Shown: positions 32,920-50,470, counted from the stretch's first letter. The stretch: DNA of 64,000 nucleotides from the human T2T-CHM13v2.0 reference genome, Homo sapiens (GCF_009914755.1 NC_060929.1); one strand, 5' to 3'. The notes: a model not told the origin generated them from the letters alone. Translations and numbers: made by a program.

Positions 32920-33799
32920 TAGGGCGAGGACATTCTTTTCCACCTCCCTCCTCAGTCCGTTTGTGCCTGTGGTAGTTGCACAGTAAAGATTTGTAGATTT
33001 GAAAAGGAAATACCTTTTGGCTGATGTTATTTGTATATACTTTTTTATTCATTGAGCTATGAACTCCAGAGTTAGTATGGTTTAAAAAAACTTTTTTTGT
33101 TGTTTTGTTTTGGAAACAGCTCCTTCTTGGGAAAATAAGAGTTAGTATTTCTAGAGAAAAATGTTAGTTTAGAAAGAGTAGTTATTTTAGGCTAAGGCAG
33201 ACCTGAGCTTGTTAATGAACTTGTGGACTCAAAAGGCGTATGATTGAGTGAAGTGGTCTTGATTTTGTGTCAGTGGCTGACAAAAAGCTTTTAATCATGC
33301 ATGAAAAAAATGTTTGTGATGAATTTCCACTGATTTGAAAATGTCTTAATGTTGCTAGTCCTCTTCAGGATTATGTAAGACTGTAGAGTTCTTAGAAGAG
33401 TATGGCCTTTCTTGCTTTTTCTCAAAGGCAAATATAATGTCAGGTAATTTTGCTGTTATGCTATTGAAAAAATACCTCCTGAGTCACAGGAAGCATAAAT
33501 TATTTTTTAAAGATTTACCATGTGTTAGGATGATTGTGTCATATATTAAATATATAATGGATGACATTTAGACTATTATCATCTCGAAGCATGTAAATAT
33601 AGAATATACTTTTTGAAGTTAGTTTTCTTCAAAACGAGAGATATTTCTCACCATTGCTTTTTGCTGAGTAAATACCAGAATTAGAATCTTATGCCAAAAA
33701 TATATTTGGAGTACACATTTGCACAGGAATTTGTTTTTTTCCAGACTTTTTAATAGAAAATCTTTAGGTATAAATTACATACGGCAAATATAAAAAGTT

Positions 33800-35370
<1,571 letters not shown>

Positions 35371-35399
35371 AGGCTTCATTTTGTCTTTGTTTTTAATTA

Positions 35400-35607
35400 A
35401 TATTTATTTATTTATTTTTTTTTAGAGACAGGGTCTCGCTTTTTCGCCCAGGCTGGAGTGCATTGGCACGATCATAGCTCTCTGCATCCTTGAACTCCTG
35501 GGCCCAAGTGATCCTCTCAGCCCTGCAAGTAGTTGGGGTACAGATTTTCTTGTGGAGATGGAGTCTCACTTATGTTGCCCAAGCTGGTCTCAAACTCCTG
35601 GACTTGA
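35400..35607 (-). mobile_element. AluJ, internally deleted
   Basis: Partial right and left arm sequence. Confidence 0.8.
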
Positions 35608-35725
35608 TCAAAGGTTTTGTTTTGAATTTGACTTTGAAAAATGACCTAGATTTTTATGTTCTTATATTAGATATTTTAGACTTTGACTTTCTAGGATGTC
35701 ATTTAAAAATGTTTTTAGGTCTCCC

Positions 35726-36023
35726 TTTTTCTTTTTTCTTTTTTTGAGACACAGTCTCTGTCACCCAGGCTGGAGTGTGGTGGCAGGATCTTGATTCACT
35801 TCAACCTCCGCCTCCTGGGTTCTAGCGATTTTCCTGCCTCACCGTCTCGAATAGCTGGGATTACAGGCGCCCACTACCATGTCTGGCTAATTTTTGTATT
35901 TTCAGTAGAGACAGGGTTTCACCATGTTGGCCAGGCTGGTCTCAAACTCCTGACTTCAACTGATCTACCCTCCTTGGCCTCCCAAAGTGCTGGGATTACA
36001 GGTGTGAGCCATGGCACTGGACC
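35726..36023 (-). mobile_element. AluS
   Basis: Full antisense Alu. Confidence 0.9.
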
Positions 36024-36155
36024 CTCTTTTTCTTTTTTTTCAGAAGTTATTGTATTTATCACATAATAGAAATAAAGGGTGGGATGGGAGCTCTAGAAAT
36101 CTACCATTTCAGCTTCTTCCTTAGTAGACCCACATTAGCGATGAATATAAAATAG

Positions 36156-36158
<3 letters not shown>

Positions 36159-36192
<34 letters not shown>
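36159..36192. repeat. (TG)17 microsatellite
   Basis: Direct count. Confidence 0.95.
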
Positions 36193-36195
<3 letters not shown>

Positions 36196-36286
36196 CCTGA
36201 GCTAATGGAATTTGTGGAACATTTGGTAAAGCTCATAAATATTGCACAACTGGTACAATCTTAAGTAATCAATTCTAAGTTTTTAG

Positions 36287-36595
36287 GGCCGGGTGCGGTG
36301 GTGGCTTACGCCTGTAATCCCAGCACTTTGGGAGGCCAAGGTGGGCGGATCACGAGGTCAGGAGATCGAGACCATCCTGGCTAACATGGTGAAACTCCGT
36401 CTCTACTAAAAATACAAAAAATTAGCCTAGCGCAGTGGCGGGTGCCTGTAGTCCCAGCTACTCCGGAGGCTGAGGCAGGAGAATGGTGTGAACCCGGGAG
36501 GCGGAGCTTGCAGTGAGCTGAGATCACGTGAGATCGCGCCACTGCACTCCAGCCTGGGCGACAGAGTGAAACTCCGTCTCAAAAAAAGAAAAAAA
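36287..36595 (+). mobile_element. AluY
   Basis: Diagnostic GAGATCGAGACCATCCTGGCTAAC and GGAGCTTGCAGTGAG; small internal duplication GAGATCACGTGAGATCGCG. Confidence 0.9.
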
Positions 36596-37039
36596 GAGTT
36601 TTTAACAACTTTTGTTAATTTTTCTTATGTTTAATAATAATTATAGATAAGCTTTTCTTTACCTTTGGTTTTCTCATATTTGAGGACTGCAATTTAAATG
36701 ATCTTCAGGAACTTCTTTTCTTCTTGTATTTTGTGAAATGAAATGCTTTTAAAGGCATTTCAGGCATCAGAGGTAGATGAGGTGGTATTTTGGGCAGTGG
36801 CAGTTGTTTCTGAAATCACACATTAGTAGCTTTTCCTATCCTTTATCTTCTGTTCCCCTGGAGTGAAAAAGGTGCTGTTGGAGGCAAAATTTGTGGCTAC
36901 TGAAAATATTCCTTAATGCTGGTAGCTTCTTGACTTCGTGCCTTTCTTACCCAATTACATCTATTCTAAAGCTGTCCCACTTCTTTTCCTTTGAGCACAT
37001 GACTACTGCTATCTATCTCCTATTCTTAACCAGCATTAA

Positions 37040-37260
37040 TTACACTGTGTATTAGATACTGTTTTAAAGGCTTTATGTTTGTTGACCGACTTAATCCTCA
37101 TAAACACCCTTGTGAGGTTGCTGCTGTTATTTTATTACGGGTTTTATAGATGAGGAGACTGAGGCTCAGAGATGTTAAGTAGCTTGTCTAGGTTATACAA
37201 TTACTAAGTGGCAAAACTGGAAGTTGATACAGACTTCCTGGCTCTAAAGCACACTATGTC
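37040..37260 (-). mobile_element. MIR
   Basis: TTTTATAGATGAGGAGACTGAGGCTCAGAGATGTTAAGTAGCTTG. Confidence 0.75.
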
Positions 37261-38587
37261 ATACAGCCTCTCAGGAAAAACACAGAAGGGAGCAGCTATT
37301 CCCTTCCTTCACCTTTACTTTTGACTGCAAAAGGGGTAATATTTTATAGCACAATTAAAATTATTTTGGTTAATATTTTATGAAATTTCTTTCCCTTATA
37401 ATGCATATTACAGTCTGAATTTCTCTCTGGTGGTAAAGTTTCTGACAAAGCATCTGTGCTTAAAACAAAGCAGCTTTATTTATGAAGGTATTTCTTTACA
37501 AACCACAGCCCTGGTATCCAGCAGAAAGCATGGGTTGTCTTTACATGTGGTTATTCTTCTGGGAAAGCATCTTAGAGGAGGTGAGCCTTGACCTGCTTGT
37601 TAACTGAGAATATGTGCACAGGTCTGGGGTATAGTATGTGTAGATTCGTGGTAAAAAGACTTGGGATTGTGAGGGGCTGAAAGATTACGAAAGGATAGGG
37701 GTTTTAAAATATTATTACTAAGGAGTTCTGTCCTTAGAAAAGATTTCTAGGATCAAGAACCAAGAGCTGGACGATGATGACAACAGGCAGAAATGAGTGG
37801 CTTCTCTCAGCCCTTGACTTCTCTGCCATTCCCTCCCCCTTCGAGTGTTCCCCTTTCCTTTGGTTTCCAAGTTGCACGCTGATCCTCTTAGTGTTTTTAA
37901 CCTCATTGCAGACAGAAGTACTTTCCCATCAGGTTTGCCAAGACAGACTAGAATTTTTTTGTTAGAATTTTACCTTTAAAAACAAAACCAAAACCAACCA
38001 TTACAAAAGAAGCAAAGGTATAATCAAAAGTGTAGAAAAAACTAGAAAAAAAGTTTTAGAACAACACGAGTTTACCTAGTATAGACTTTCTGCCTTATGG
38101 TAATACCTCCTGTCTCTCTTAGCCTTTTGAACAGCCCAGCTCTCATTGTGCTAGCCTTGAGTCTGAGGCCCCATGGAGTTCCCATAGTGGGGAAATTCTC
38201 AATCCTCCCTTGCTCCCAAACAGGCCTCTCCTTTGCGGATAGGTCCTGGTGTGTTTCTTCACCTCAGGCCTCTTTAAGCCTGAAGAAGCGTGGGCCCTAC
38301 ATCTGCTTTTAGTTTTCAGTCCCTTGTGGTAAGTTGGCTAAGGCCCTTTCGCCTCTGTTGGTAAGGAGGGGTTTTTTGGGCCTCCAGAACCTCCCACAGG
38401 TGCTGTGTCTTCCTGTTGGCTCATTCCGAGGAGGACTCACCAGCTGACTGTCAAACTGGGTCTTCCTCACCTTGGTTCACTGTTGGCCATGTGGACTTCA
38501 GTAGGGGCTGCCATCCTTCTAAGAAGCTATGCGATTGTGTCTATTTCCTTCTCTGGACAGCAGGAGACCCCTTTTTGAAGACAGCAC

Positions 38588-38902
38588 ATTTTCTTTTTTT
38601 CTTCTTTTTTTTCTTTTTTTTGACATGGTGTCTCATTCTGTTGCCCAGGCTGGAGTACAATGGTGTCATCTCGGCTCACTGCAACCTCCGCCTCCTGGGT
38701 TCAAGCGATTCTCCTGCCTTAGCCCCCTGAGTGGCTGGGACTACAGGCCTGCACCACCATACCCAGCTATTTTTGTATTTTTAGTAGAGACAGGGTTTCA
38801 CCATGTGGGCCAGGCTCGTGTTGAACTCCTGACCTCAAGTGATCCACCTGTCTCGGCCTCCCACAGTGCTGGGATTACAGGTGTGAGCCACCACGCCCGG
38901 CC
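38588..38902 (-). mobile_element. AluS
   Basis: Full antisense Alu. Confidence 0.9.
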
Positions 38903-40739
38903 AGCACTACACTTTCTAATGAGTTTTTATTGAAAAAAATTTTAGTTGAAAATGAAGCTGTTGGCTCGTAAGTGAAAAGCTTGAAGGCAGGCTGGAATCA
39001 GGCATGGCTGGAATTGGGCATGGCTGGTTGTAGGGGCTCTGCTCTTTCCTCTCCTCCTGTGATGGCTGCCTCCTGGTGTTCCACAAGGTGGCAGGATGCT
39101 CCAGTGCTCTGTCCTGACTCCCAGCCTCCAGGGTTCTAGTCCAGGGAAGAGGACCAGCATCTCCTTCTGGGAGCTCCTGTATAAATCCTGTAATCCATTT
39201 TTTCTCTTCTTTCTCTTTTCTAATATGCCATTTTATTTTTTAATAAGTTGTATATTTTAGTTCAAAAAATGGAAAGTATTTTAAAAAGATTATGAGGTAA
39301 AGAGTTTCTTCCATCCTGTCCCTTTTACTATTATAAAAACACCCTTCATTGTCCTGTTTTAATGGTTTTTATTCGAATTTTATTTTTCCTGGTAATAAGA
39401 TTTGATCTCATACTTTCTTTTTATTTGTATTCACCTAATATATACCTCTAGGCAGTTGTTGTTTTTCAGCCATCTTTTTAATTTGTAACCTTTCTGAATT
39501 ACTTTGTTTTGGATTGCACTCCTATTTGTAGCATAGAATTTTGGGGTTTTTTTCCCCTCTGTGATCCAATCTGAATTTAATTTTCTTTTAATAGGTGAAT
39601 TTAGCCCTTTAATATGTCAGATATATTTGATATTAGTTTATACTATTTTGTGTTATATTTTCTATTTTTATATCTTTTAAATAATCTTTCACGATGTGAT
39701 CTGTTTTCTTTGCATCTTTTTTTTTTGTTGGTTTTGTCCTGGTGGTTGGTTTTAGAATTATAATTTCAAATAATGCCCTTAGTCTTCTAAGAAAGTGGTG
39801 GTTGTTCCCTACTGTGAGCACTGATAAAATTAATGAGTTTCATAGTAATTCTAATATGGAGATATTAAAGCCAGGTTACCTTGTCTGTCCTACTCAGTCA
39901 AGAACCCTGTTTCATTCTGTCTTCAGAGGAGAGAATGAATTACTCGGCTTGGAACTCATCAGTGCTATTATTACCAATGAGTTCACTGTCAGAGGGGGCC
40001 TTGTAAGTTTTCCCAGAGGATACTGTCCACCTTTAACAAGGCTCTTTTTGTCTATGAGTTTCTAAAGTCGGTATAGATCATGCAATTGGTAAGCTGACAT
40101 TTGTTTGTTCACAGTTGAACATTAGTTCAGAGTCTCTGTTGGTGGTCTGTTATTTGATGCCAGAGAGTCACCAGTTTTATTTCCAAGCAGACATTAAAAG
40201 ATATTATTGGTTCTGAAGTTCCCTTGTTTTAATGTGGGCTCAACACTTGCTGAGAGAGCATTTAGTTTTTCAAAAGCAATATGGTAGGCAACAGAGAGGC
40301 ATGTTACATGTGAAAAGGATTTCTTTTTTTTAAAATTAGAAGCTTTAATTTAACCGTCTAGCTTGGCATGCCCTGTGTAATGACTGAGAGACCGAGATGA
40401 CTGTCTTGTTGTGAGTCCCACCAACAAGGACAGAAGGGAGGTTGCCACCTTGGGAGGAGCACATCTTCTGTTCATGCTCCTCTCCATTCAGGAGGCTTCA
40501 GCCCCACAGCACAAATAGCCTCTGTAGCGGTCAAGGGAATGTGGTTTTATAATTTTTTAGATCTGGGTCAATTATATAATCATAGATAACTTAATTTTTT
40601 TGATGCAGTGGTATTTACTGTCCACCTCTAATAAAGCAGGTGAATCATAGACTACCATTGTATACATGTCTTTGGAGCAGATTTCCATCCATTTTTACTC
40701 CAGTCCTATGGTGGCTACCGGTATTGTTCTTGTCGCCTG

Positions 40740-40910
40740 CTATTCTTAAGTCTGCAGTTTGCCTGTGACTCACCCCAGGAAACCTGTTGAAAATGCTCGC
40801 TCTCCTCTAACTTCCTGCTGAATTCAGATTTAGCACCTTTCGGGTGGGAATCTGTACTTCTTTGCAGGTGACTCTGATGCCGGTGTCCCACAGACTACAG
40901 TTTGAGGAAA
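40740..40910. mobile_element. MER5-like DNA transposon
   Basis: CAGGTGACTCTGATGC...CACAGACTACAGTTTGAG. Confidence 0.5.
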
Positions 40911-41031
40911 TCAAGACTGACAGTTCTGCAAGGTTTATTACCCTTTAATTTTTCAAAAAATACCTTCAGCAACAGAGAGGCATGTTACATATGAAAAGGT
41001 TAAAGTAGAAATTTTCCTAAAATCTATGTGA

Positions 41032-41384
<353 letters not shown>

Positions 41385-42497
41385 CAAATAGACTTTTGTT
41401 TCAGAGATACAGTGATTTGAATTTATCATAACGTTCTTTAATTAAGAAATCCAGGAAAATAGAGATAGGAGATTTTATAACTTTAACCAGTTTGAAAAAA
41501 TATTTATGTGAAGATGGTTTAATATACAGATTGCAGAACGATGAATTTAACATTCTTGTAAAGCTTCCAGGAAAGCCTCAAGGATAAGTGACAAGTCCAT
41601 TTTTATCAAACTTAATGGGTTTCTAAATCCTTATCTGCTTATCAAACAAAATTTTAATTAGAACTGTAATTGAGTAACCAGCTGCCTCTTGTGTTCACTC
41701 TAGGAACTTGTCTAAAAACATTGTGGAGCTCATGTAAGGTCATTCGTTTTTGAGTTGCTAAATAAACTTTATTGCAGACTTCTAAAAATCCAGGTATTGA
41801 GGAAGTCTACAGGAAGATAAAAATTGATAAGAACTTTGCAGTAGTTAGTCCGATACTCTCTCTCTCTAGTGGATTAAGGTAGAAAAATCCTTCTTCAGCA
41901 CCACAGATGGGAGAATATCCTCCCTCTTAGGTTTCTTCCTGAATCAGCTTATGCCTGCCTAGGCTTGTAGTAGAACAGATAAAGCCTTTGGACCTAGCTA
42001 CTCTTGGTTTGAATATCTGTTAATCTGTTATCTCTTCATTACTTTGGACATTGTACTTAATGTCTCAAGTTCAATTTACTCATTTTTAAAATGGGAATAA
42101 TGCCGCCCACAGCAAGGAGAGCCGTAGTTCTGGAACTTGTACTCATTCATTCCTTTATTCAGCACTACTTTATAGGTTGAGTACCTGTTTTATACTAGGC
42201 ACTGTTCCAGGCATTGAATACAGCAGAAATAACACTGACAAAAGTTCCCATCCTCATGGATCCTAGTGAGCAGAGCCATTTCACACCAGGTGATCGGGGA
42301 AAGTTTCACTGAGATGATGACTTGAATGGAGACCTGAGGAAGGTGAGGGAGTCAGATCACCATAAAAAATTACTTTTTAACATTATTATTATTTTTCTTT
42401 ACTATTTTCTGCTTAATCCTACTAGAAAGTAAGCTCTATGACAGTGGTGGGTGGGGGGTGGTATTTGTTTTGTTAGAGAATTTTAGATGTGCTCTGT

Positions 42498-42878
42498 TGT
42501 ATTAGTTTGTTCTTGCACTGCTATAAAGAACTACCTGAGACTGGGTAATTTATAAAGAAAAGAGGTTTAATTGGTTCAGGGTTCCATAGGCTGCACAGGA
42601 AGCATGGCTGGGGAGGCCTCAGGAAACTTACAGTCGTGGCAGAAGGTGAAGGGGAAGCAGGCAAGTCCTACATGGCTGGAGCAGGAGGAAGAGAGAGGGG
42701 GAGGTGCCATACACTTTCAAACAACCAGATCTCATGAGAACTCACTCACTATCACAAGAACAGCAAGGGGGAAGTCCACTCCCATGATCCAGTCACCTCC
42801 CACCAGGTCCCTGCTCCAGCACTGGGGATTACAATTTGATACGAGATTTGGGCAGGGACACAAATTCCAACCATATCA
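42498..42878. mobile_element. MaLR solo LTR (MST-like)
   Basis: TGTATTAGTT...CCATATCA, homologous to 2229-2605. Confidence 0.87.
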
Positions 42879-43382
42879 TATATGGAAGCACTTTTCCTGA
42901 TCACAGAAATGGGGAGCTATTGAAGGAGTCAGAGGGCAAGTGCAATGTCTTCATCTTTAGTGCTCTCTCTGGCAGCAGTGTGGTACAAGGGCTTGAGGGG
43001 TAACGTGCAGTAGGCACTCCATAAATGTCTGCTAAGCATTTTTAAAAGTGATCATTCTGCCATTCACTATGAGCCATAAGAGTAGCTGGTAGAAATGCCT
43101 GTGAATGTTTAAAAGCATTATATAGACTCTATTTCAGAATTGTGTTGACTAATAAAAAATGCTAGTTTTCCCTACCCCACACCTATCTTTCAACTGCTTT
43201 ATATTTATTTCTTTATTAGATAGAAAATTCCTCAGTAAACTTTTATTTAGAGTAATTCCTCTTTATGATTTTTTTGTTCTAAAGGTCGATTCTTAAAAGA
43301 AAACTTGTTGAAGTGCTCTAAATGGAAGTCTTTTTTTTTATTTCTCTCCTGTGTCTTTTATGATAGTATCTGACAACTATCT

Positions 43383-43510
43383 TTTTTTTGTTTTTGCAGA
43401 GATTGGGTTTTGCTCTGTTGCCAGGCTTGTCTCAAACTCCTGGCCTCAAGCGATCCTCCTGCCACAGCCTCCTGAGTAGCTGTGATTACGGGTGTGAGCC
43501 ACTGTGCCTA
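43383..43510 (-). mobile_element. FLAM/Alu monomer
   Basis: Single Alu arm. Confidence 0.8.
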
Positions 43511-43539
43511 ACACCTTTTTTGAGAAACTTATATTTTTT

Positions 43540-44810
43540 TACATATTTATTCTTGATTCATAATATTTATACATATTTATGGGGTACATGTGATATTTTC
43601 ATATGTGTATACAATGTATAATTATAAAATCAGGTGTTTAGGATACCTGTCACCTCAGACACAACATTTCTTTATGTCAGACATTTAATATCTTCTAGCT
43701 ATTTTGAAATATATGATAAACTATTGATAACTGTAGTCCTACCCTACTGTGCTATCAAACACTAGAACTTATTCCTTCTATCTAACTGTATGCTTGTACC
43801 CATTAACCAGCTTCTCATTACCTCCCTCCCCAAAGCTCTGGTAACCATTATTCTACCTCTATGAGATCAACTTTTTTAGCTCCCACATTTGAGTGAGAAC
43901 ATGTGATATTCGTCTTTTGGTACCTGGCTTATTTTACCTAACATAATGACCTCAGTTCCATCCATGTTACTGCAAAGGACAGGGTTTCATTTTTTGGGGG
44001 GGGCTGAATAGTATTCCATTGTGTGTATATTCCACATTTTCATTATCTGTTCATCCATTGATGGACACTTAGGCTGAGTCCATAACTTGGCTGTTGAGAA
44101 TAGTGCTGCAGTAAATGTAAGAATGCAGATATCTTTTTGACATACTGAGTTTGTTTCCTTTGAATGTATACCCAGTAGTGAGATTGCTGGATCATGTAAT
44201 AGTTCTATTTTTATTATAAAAAATTCTTTTAAGAGAGGGTGTCTTGCCCTGTCACCCAGGCTGGAATGCGATGGCATAATCATAGCTCGTTGCAGCCTGG
44301 AACTGCTTGGTTCAAGAGATCCTTCCCACCTCAGCCGCCTGAGTAGCTGGGACTACAAGTGCACTCCACCATGCCCAGCTAATTTATATTATTTTTTTTA
44401 GAGACAGGCTATGTTGCCTAGGCTGGTCTCAAACTCCTGGCCTCAAGCTTTAGCTTCCCAAGTAGTTGGGTCTATAGGTGTGAGCCATCCTGCCCAGCTA
44501 GTAGGTCTATTTTAAGTTTTTTAAGGAACCTCCATACTATTTTCTATAAGGGCTGTCTCAGTTTACATTCCCACCAACAGTTATGTAAGAGTTCACGCCT
44601 CTCTGTGTCCTGACCAACACTTTTTGTCTTTGTGACAATAGCCATTCTAACAGGAATGAGGTAAATATGTCATTGTGGTTTTGATTTGTATTTTCCTGAT
44701 GATTAATGAGAGCATTTTTTTTTTCATATATTGGCCATTCTTTCAGGGCCTTTGCCCATTTTTAAATTTGGTTATTTGTGTTTTTGGTATTGGGTTGTTT
44801 GAGTTTCCTA
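43540..44810 (-). mobile_element. L1MA-type 3' fragment with nested AluJ (44227-44498)
   Basis: CATATTTATGGGGTACATGTGATA terminus; ORF2 C-terminal peptide IELLHDPAISLLGI...WNIHTMEYYSA. Confidence 0.85.
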
Positions 44811-45244
44811 TATCAAAATACTTCTAAATTCAGCGTGATGATGGAACATTGGTAGTTGCTTATGAGATAAAACAGACTCTTGGATTAAAGTAAAAAGTAA
44901 AAGTTTCAGAAGTAATTTAATTTTCGGAGAAGCCAGTAAAATTGGAATCATTTGTGTTTTATTTGAAAAAATTAAAATATGGTACAAATATAAGAATATA
45001 ATACAGATATAGAAGAAGGCTGCTGAAACCACCATCTAGTCCAGGATATAGAGTTTTGGCAGTCACTCTAGAAGCTCTCTCTGCCTCCTCACTGTCATAG
45101 CCCTCAGAGGAATCATGATCCTGACTTTGTCATTGTTATCACCTTCTTAATTTCCTTTGCAGTTTTGTCACCCAAGTATGTATCCTTATGGTTTAATTTT
45201 GCCAGTTTATTTTTTAAATGTCTTCAAAATTTTTAAAATTTATA

Positions 45245-45365
45245 TTTTTAGAGACAAAGGTCTTGCTATGTTGCGCAGGTGAGTTGGGAACTCCTGGGCT
45301 CAAGTGATCCCCCTTCTCAGCTCCCTGAGTAGCTGGGACTACAGGTGCATACCACTGTGTCTGAC
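45245..45365 (-). mobile_element. Alu monomer (FLAM/FAM-like)
   Basis: Single-arm Alu sequence. Confidence 0.75.
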
Positions 45366-45989
45366 TTTTTATAAAAATACGTTTTAAACCTCTTTATCTA
45401 CAGGTTCCCTCTCCATCTCTTTTTATTCCTATCCTCACCTTTGGTTTTTTTTTTTTTTTTTTGAAGAAACTCAGTTGTTTTTCTTGTGGAGTTTTCCAAA
45501 GTCTGGATTTTGCTGATTACATATCCATAGAGTTTAAGATATTCCTCTGTATTTTCTGTAAATTGGTAGTTGAATTGAGAGGCTTAATAAAATTCAGGTT
45601 TTTTTTTTTTCATAGAAGAGGAAGAGAACTTTGTAGATTCTATTTTTTCATTGGGAGGCATATAATTATCTCTCTTTTTGTGAATTGAGTAGCCATTGAT
45701 ACTCAGTAGTGATGAACAAGTCTTGCTTTTTAAAGTATCATTATGAACCCAAGGGCCTAATGTATTTTGGCTTCATTGCAGTTGTTATTCTTCCCAGTGC
45801 TCAAAATGGCCCATTATTGGGCAAAGAGAGTCTCTCCAAGTTGACCTCTGTGCCATTTTGCCATGATGCTAGTAATCTTTAGTAGCTTTTTTGTGTAACA
45901 AGTTAGTCTAGGATCATCTTAAACATTTTCAGTCCCAGACCTGGAATTAGTCATTTCTCCAGTAATCCTTCCCTAGTTTCTTTTAGTAG

Positions 45990-46294
<305 letters not shown>

Positions 46295-46799
46295 AGGAAA
46301 TGGTATTTCTAAACCACATTCTGTGCAACTAGGGAGGCTATTTATTGGATAGGTCAAACTATATTAAGAACTCATTAAAAAATACTTCTGATTCAAATTC
46401 AGGGCTAAAGAGTTTTTATTTAACTTTTTCAGTCTGACATCTATATCTCCTTTTCCCCACCATGTCGACAATCCTGGTTCTTATGTAAGTACTCTGATTT
46501 TATCATTCAAATATCAGGTATTTAATTTGCTTTATCCCACATTACTGAATCTATGTTATTAAAATTATATATTATAAAATGCCATTGCATTTAAAGGTCT
46601 TACGTTTCTTCCCCATTTATTTCACAGTTGTAATATATCTGCATCATCAGAGCATATAGCCATTAGGTACTATACCTTCTTTCTTATAGCCTCCATTGAG
46701 AGTCTTAGTTCTCCAAACAAATATGTATTACATGCTCACCACCAATTCTTATATCCATGTCTTTCTAGTCATTTTGGTTGTCTGAAATTTATTCTGTAG

Positions 46800-46985
46800 T
46801 ATGGTTGTTCTTACACCTTAGTGTGCATCAGAATTACCTGGCAGGCTTGTTAAAGCGCCGAGTACTGGGCCTCACTGGCAGGTTCTCTGGCTCAGTACAT
46901 GTGGGATGGGGCCTGAGAATCTGTGTTTCTAACAAGTCCCCAGGTGGTGGTGATGCTACTGGTCTGGTGACCATACTTTGGGTAT
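46800..46985. mobile_element. MER5A
   Basis: TGCATCAGAATTACCTGG...GGGATGGGGCCTGAGAATCTG...AACAAGTCCCCAGGTG...GACCATACTTTG. Confidence 0.8.
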
Positions 46986-49619
46986 AGCTCTCTGTGGCCT
47001 TTATACATGGAAGATTGGCTAAGCTTAAAATTCCTGGCTTACAGTTTATTTCTTTGAGTATCTTAAATACATTACTCTATTGTCTGTAGGGTAAAACATT
47101 GCGGTTAAAGTTTGGCAACTCTGTTTTTCTTTCTTTTATAAACAACTTGTCATTTTGGCTGGAAATAATTTTACTAGATTACTTACTGTGATGGTCATTA
47201 TGGGTTGATTTCCCCAGGTATGTGATGTGTTTTTTAAATATACAGTGTCAAGTGATTTTTCTGTTTCTTTGCTTTGCCCTCTTTGCCAACTTTGTACCTT
47301 GGGGGCACCTTTTATACACGTTTTAGGTCTTCTTTGCCAACCTTTTGTATTTGTTACTTTCTTTCAATCTTTCAAATCTCCTCTTTCATTTCTTTTTGAC
47401 TTTGAAAAAAATTTCCCCCTTTCATTTCCTGCTTCTTATCTTTATTATCTGTAGTATTTATTCAGTTGTGTGCCTTCTAGACTATCGTTCATTCTGAGAA
47501 GTTTTCCTTTTGTCTCTAATTCCTGAGTTCTGCCCGTTGATTTCTGAGTTTTTCTAAATCCAATTTGTTTTCTTAATAATTTTTTTAACTTGTTAGGGTT
47601 TTCATGTTTTATGGAGATATCTAACATGATTCTGTTGTCTGTAGAGATGTTATTATGTTTTTTCTTTTTTTTTCTTATCATAACTTTGGACAGGATTTGA
47701 GTTGGGTCCTTTTCTATTACTCATTTTTATGCAAATTCATTTTCCCAAACTTTTAGAAGAGGCATGGGTTCAAAATAGCTTTTCTGACTTCACAGTTCTG
47801 GTAGTGTTTTTTAACTCCAAGTATTATTTATAAACAGTTCATTTTTAAGTGTACAGTTTACACAACTGTAAGTGTAAGTGGTAGTTTTACACAATTTTGT
47901 AACCACTATCACAGTCGAGATGTGGAAGAATACTTTTACCCTAAAACTTTCCATGTGCTTTTGCAGTTGGTCCCCTCCCTTCACATCTGGCCCTAGGCAA
48001 TTATTAATTTTCCACCAGTATATTTTACCTTTTACAGAATTTCAAATACAGGATATCTTACAATATATATTAAAATTTTTTGGCTTGATTTCTTTCACAA
48101 AATATGATTTTTTGAGGTTCATTTTGCTGCATATTGTCAAAGTATTTGAAAATGTGACAGCTCATTTTCTCCTGGCTCTGTTCTGTAGTACTTTTGTCTT
48201 TTTAACAATTACCCTGTTATCCTTTTCTCCCCATTTTAGATTCTGTTCATAGGAGTTTTTCCTCAGGGTAAGATTTGTCCTAAAAAAGTGCTTTGCATCA
48301 CTGGTTTTGTGAATTCATAGGGCCTAGAGTTCTCAAGCCCCTTCAGGCTTTACTGTGGACTCCTTGTAGTCACTATTATCAAATATACAAACTGCACTCC
48401 CAATTTCAGCTCCTCAAAATGTCCTACTGTGCTTTCCAGTGAGTACCTCGTTGCTGTTTTGTGTTGTTTCTGTTTTCCGATTGTTAGAGTTCTGTTGCTT
48501 TTGTCTGCTTCTTCTCACATGGTTGCTGATAGCATTTGTATCTTATTGTTCATCCCACCTGCTTGCATTTTGGGGTTCTTAATATCTTGAGATGCAGTTA
48601 TAGTGTAGTACATGTTATCTGTGGGTTTTAGTTTGGTTATTAAAGTCTCTTTTTATGGCAGGATTTAGGGAGACTGAAAAACTATGCTTGAATCTAACAA
48701 AAAACAACAATTATTTCAATAAAATATTATATCAAGGAAAATAGCAAAAAATTACAAATGTGTGTTACATTGATAAAATGATACATTTATTTCTACTTTT
48801 CATAATATTGAGGGAGGGAGTGTTCTGCTTTTGTGACGAGGTATAGCCATTTGTGTTTCTGTGTTTTCTGTATCTTTTACATATGTCTACCACATTACTG
48901 TCTGTTGTCTTAGATTGTAAACTAAGAAACAGTGATTGTTGTGTGGCATATGCCCATGAGAATTTGTTTAACTGTTTTTGTGAAGAAAAAAAATATATAA
49001 ACTATAGATTTTCTGTCATAAATCCTTCTTTCTGAATTTTAACCTAATTGTAAAGCAAAATAGGTAATAAAGTTTCACTATTGTTTATTTATTACAAGGC
49101 ATTGTAATTGAACTTTTAAATCAACTCATACGATCTCCTTGCTCAGGAAGGAAAATCATAAAAATAGAAAAAAGCTTGCTTTATTTTGGTGCTGGGGATG
49201 GTTTCAAGTCTTTTTTCAGTTTTATGTAGAGACCAAGAAAGTGTTCTGCATAGGGAGCCAAAGAAAAAAATATTGAGAAACTTTCTAAAGTATCTTAACT
49301 CAGTTGTTTATAGTATAGCTTTACTTTACAGATAACTTTTGATGTTCTTAGATCATTAGATATACCTACATCAATATACATAAGATAAGCTTCCAAAGGA
49401 AATACTCTTTGCTTTGGGAATACTCTTTCCTATCATCTACTAATTTTCATTATAGCAGCAGTCTTTTATTTGTATAGGTCAGTGGTTCTTTAACTTTAAT
49501 GTGCAGTAGAGTCCCCTGATGCTGGGCCGGGCCCCACCCAACACCTGTTCCTGTTTCAGATAAAGACCAGAGAGAGGTATGTGTACGTATCTAAGAGTGA
49601 GCACAACCAAAGCTGTATA

Positions 49620-50470
<851 letters not shown>

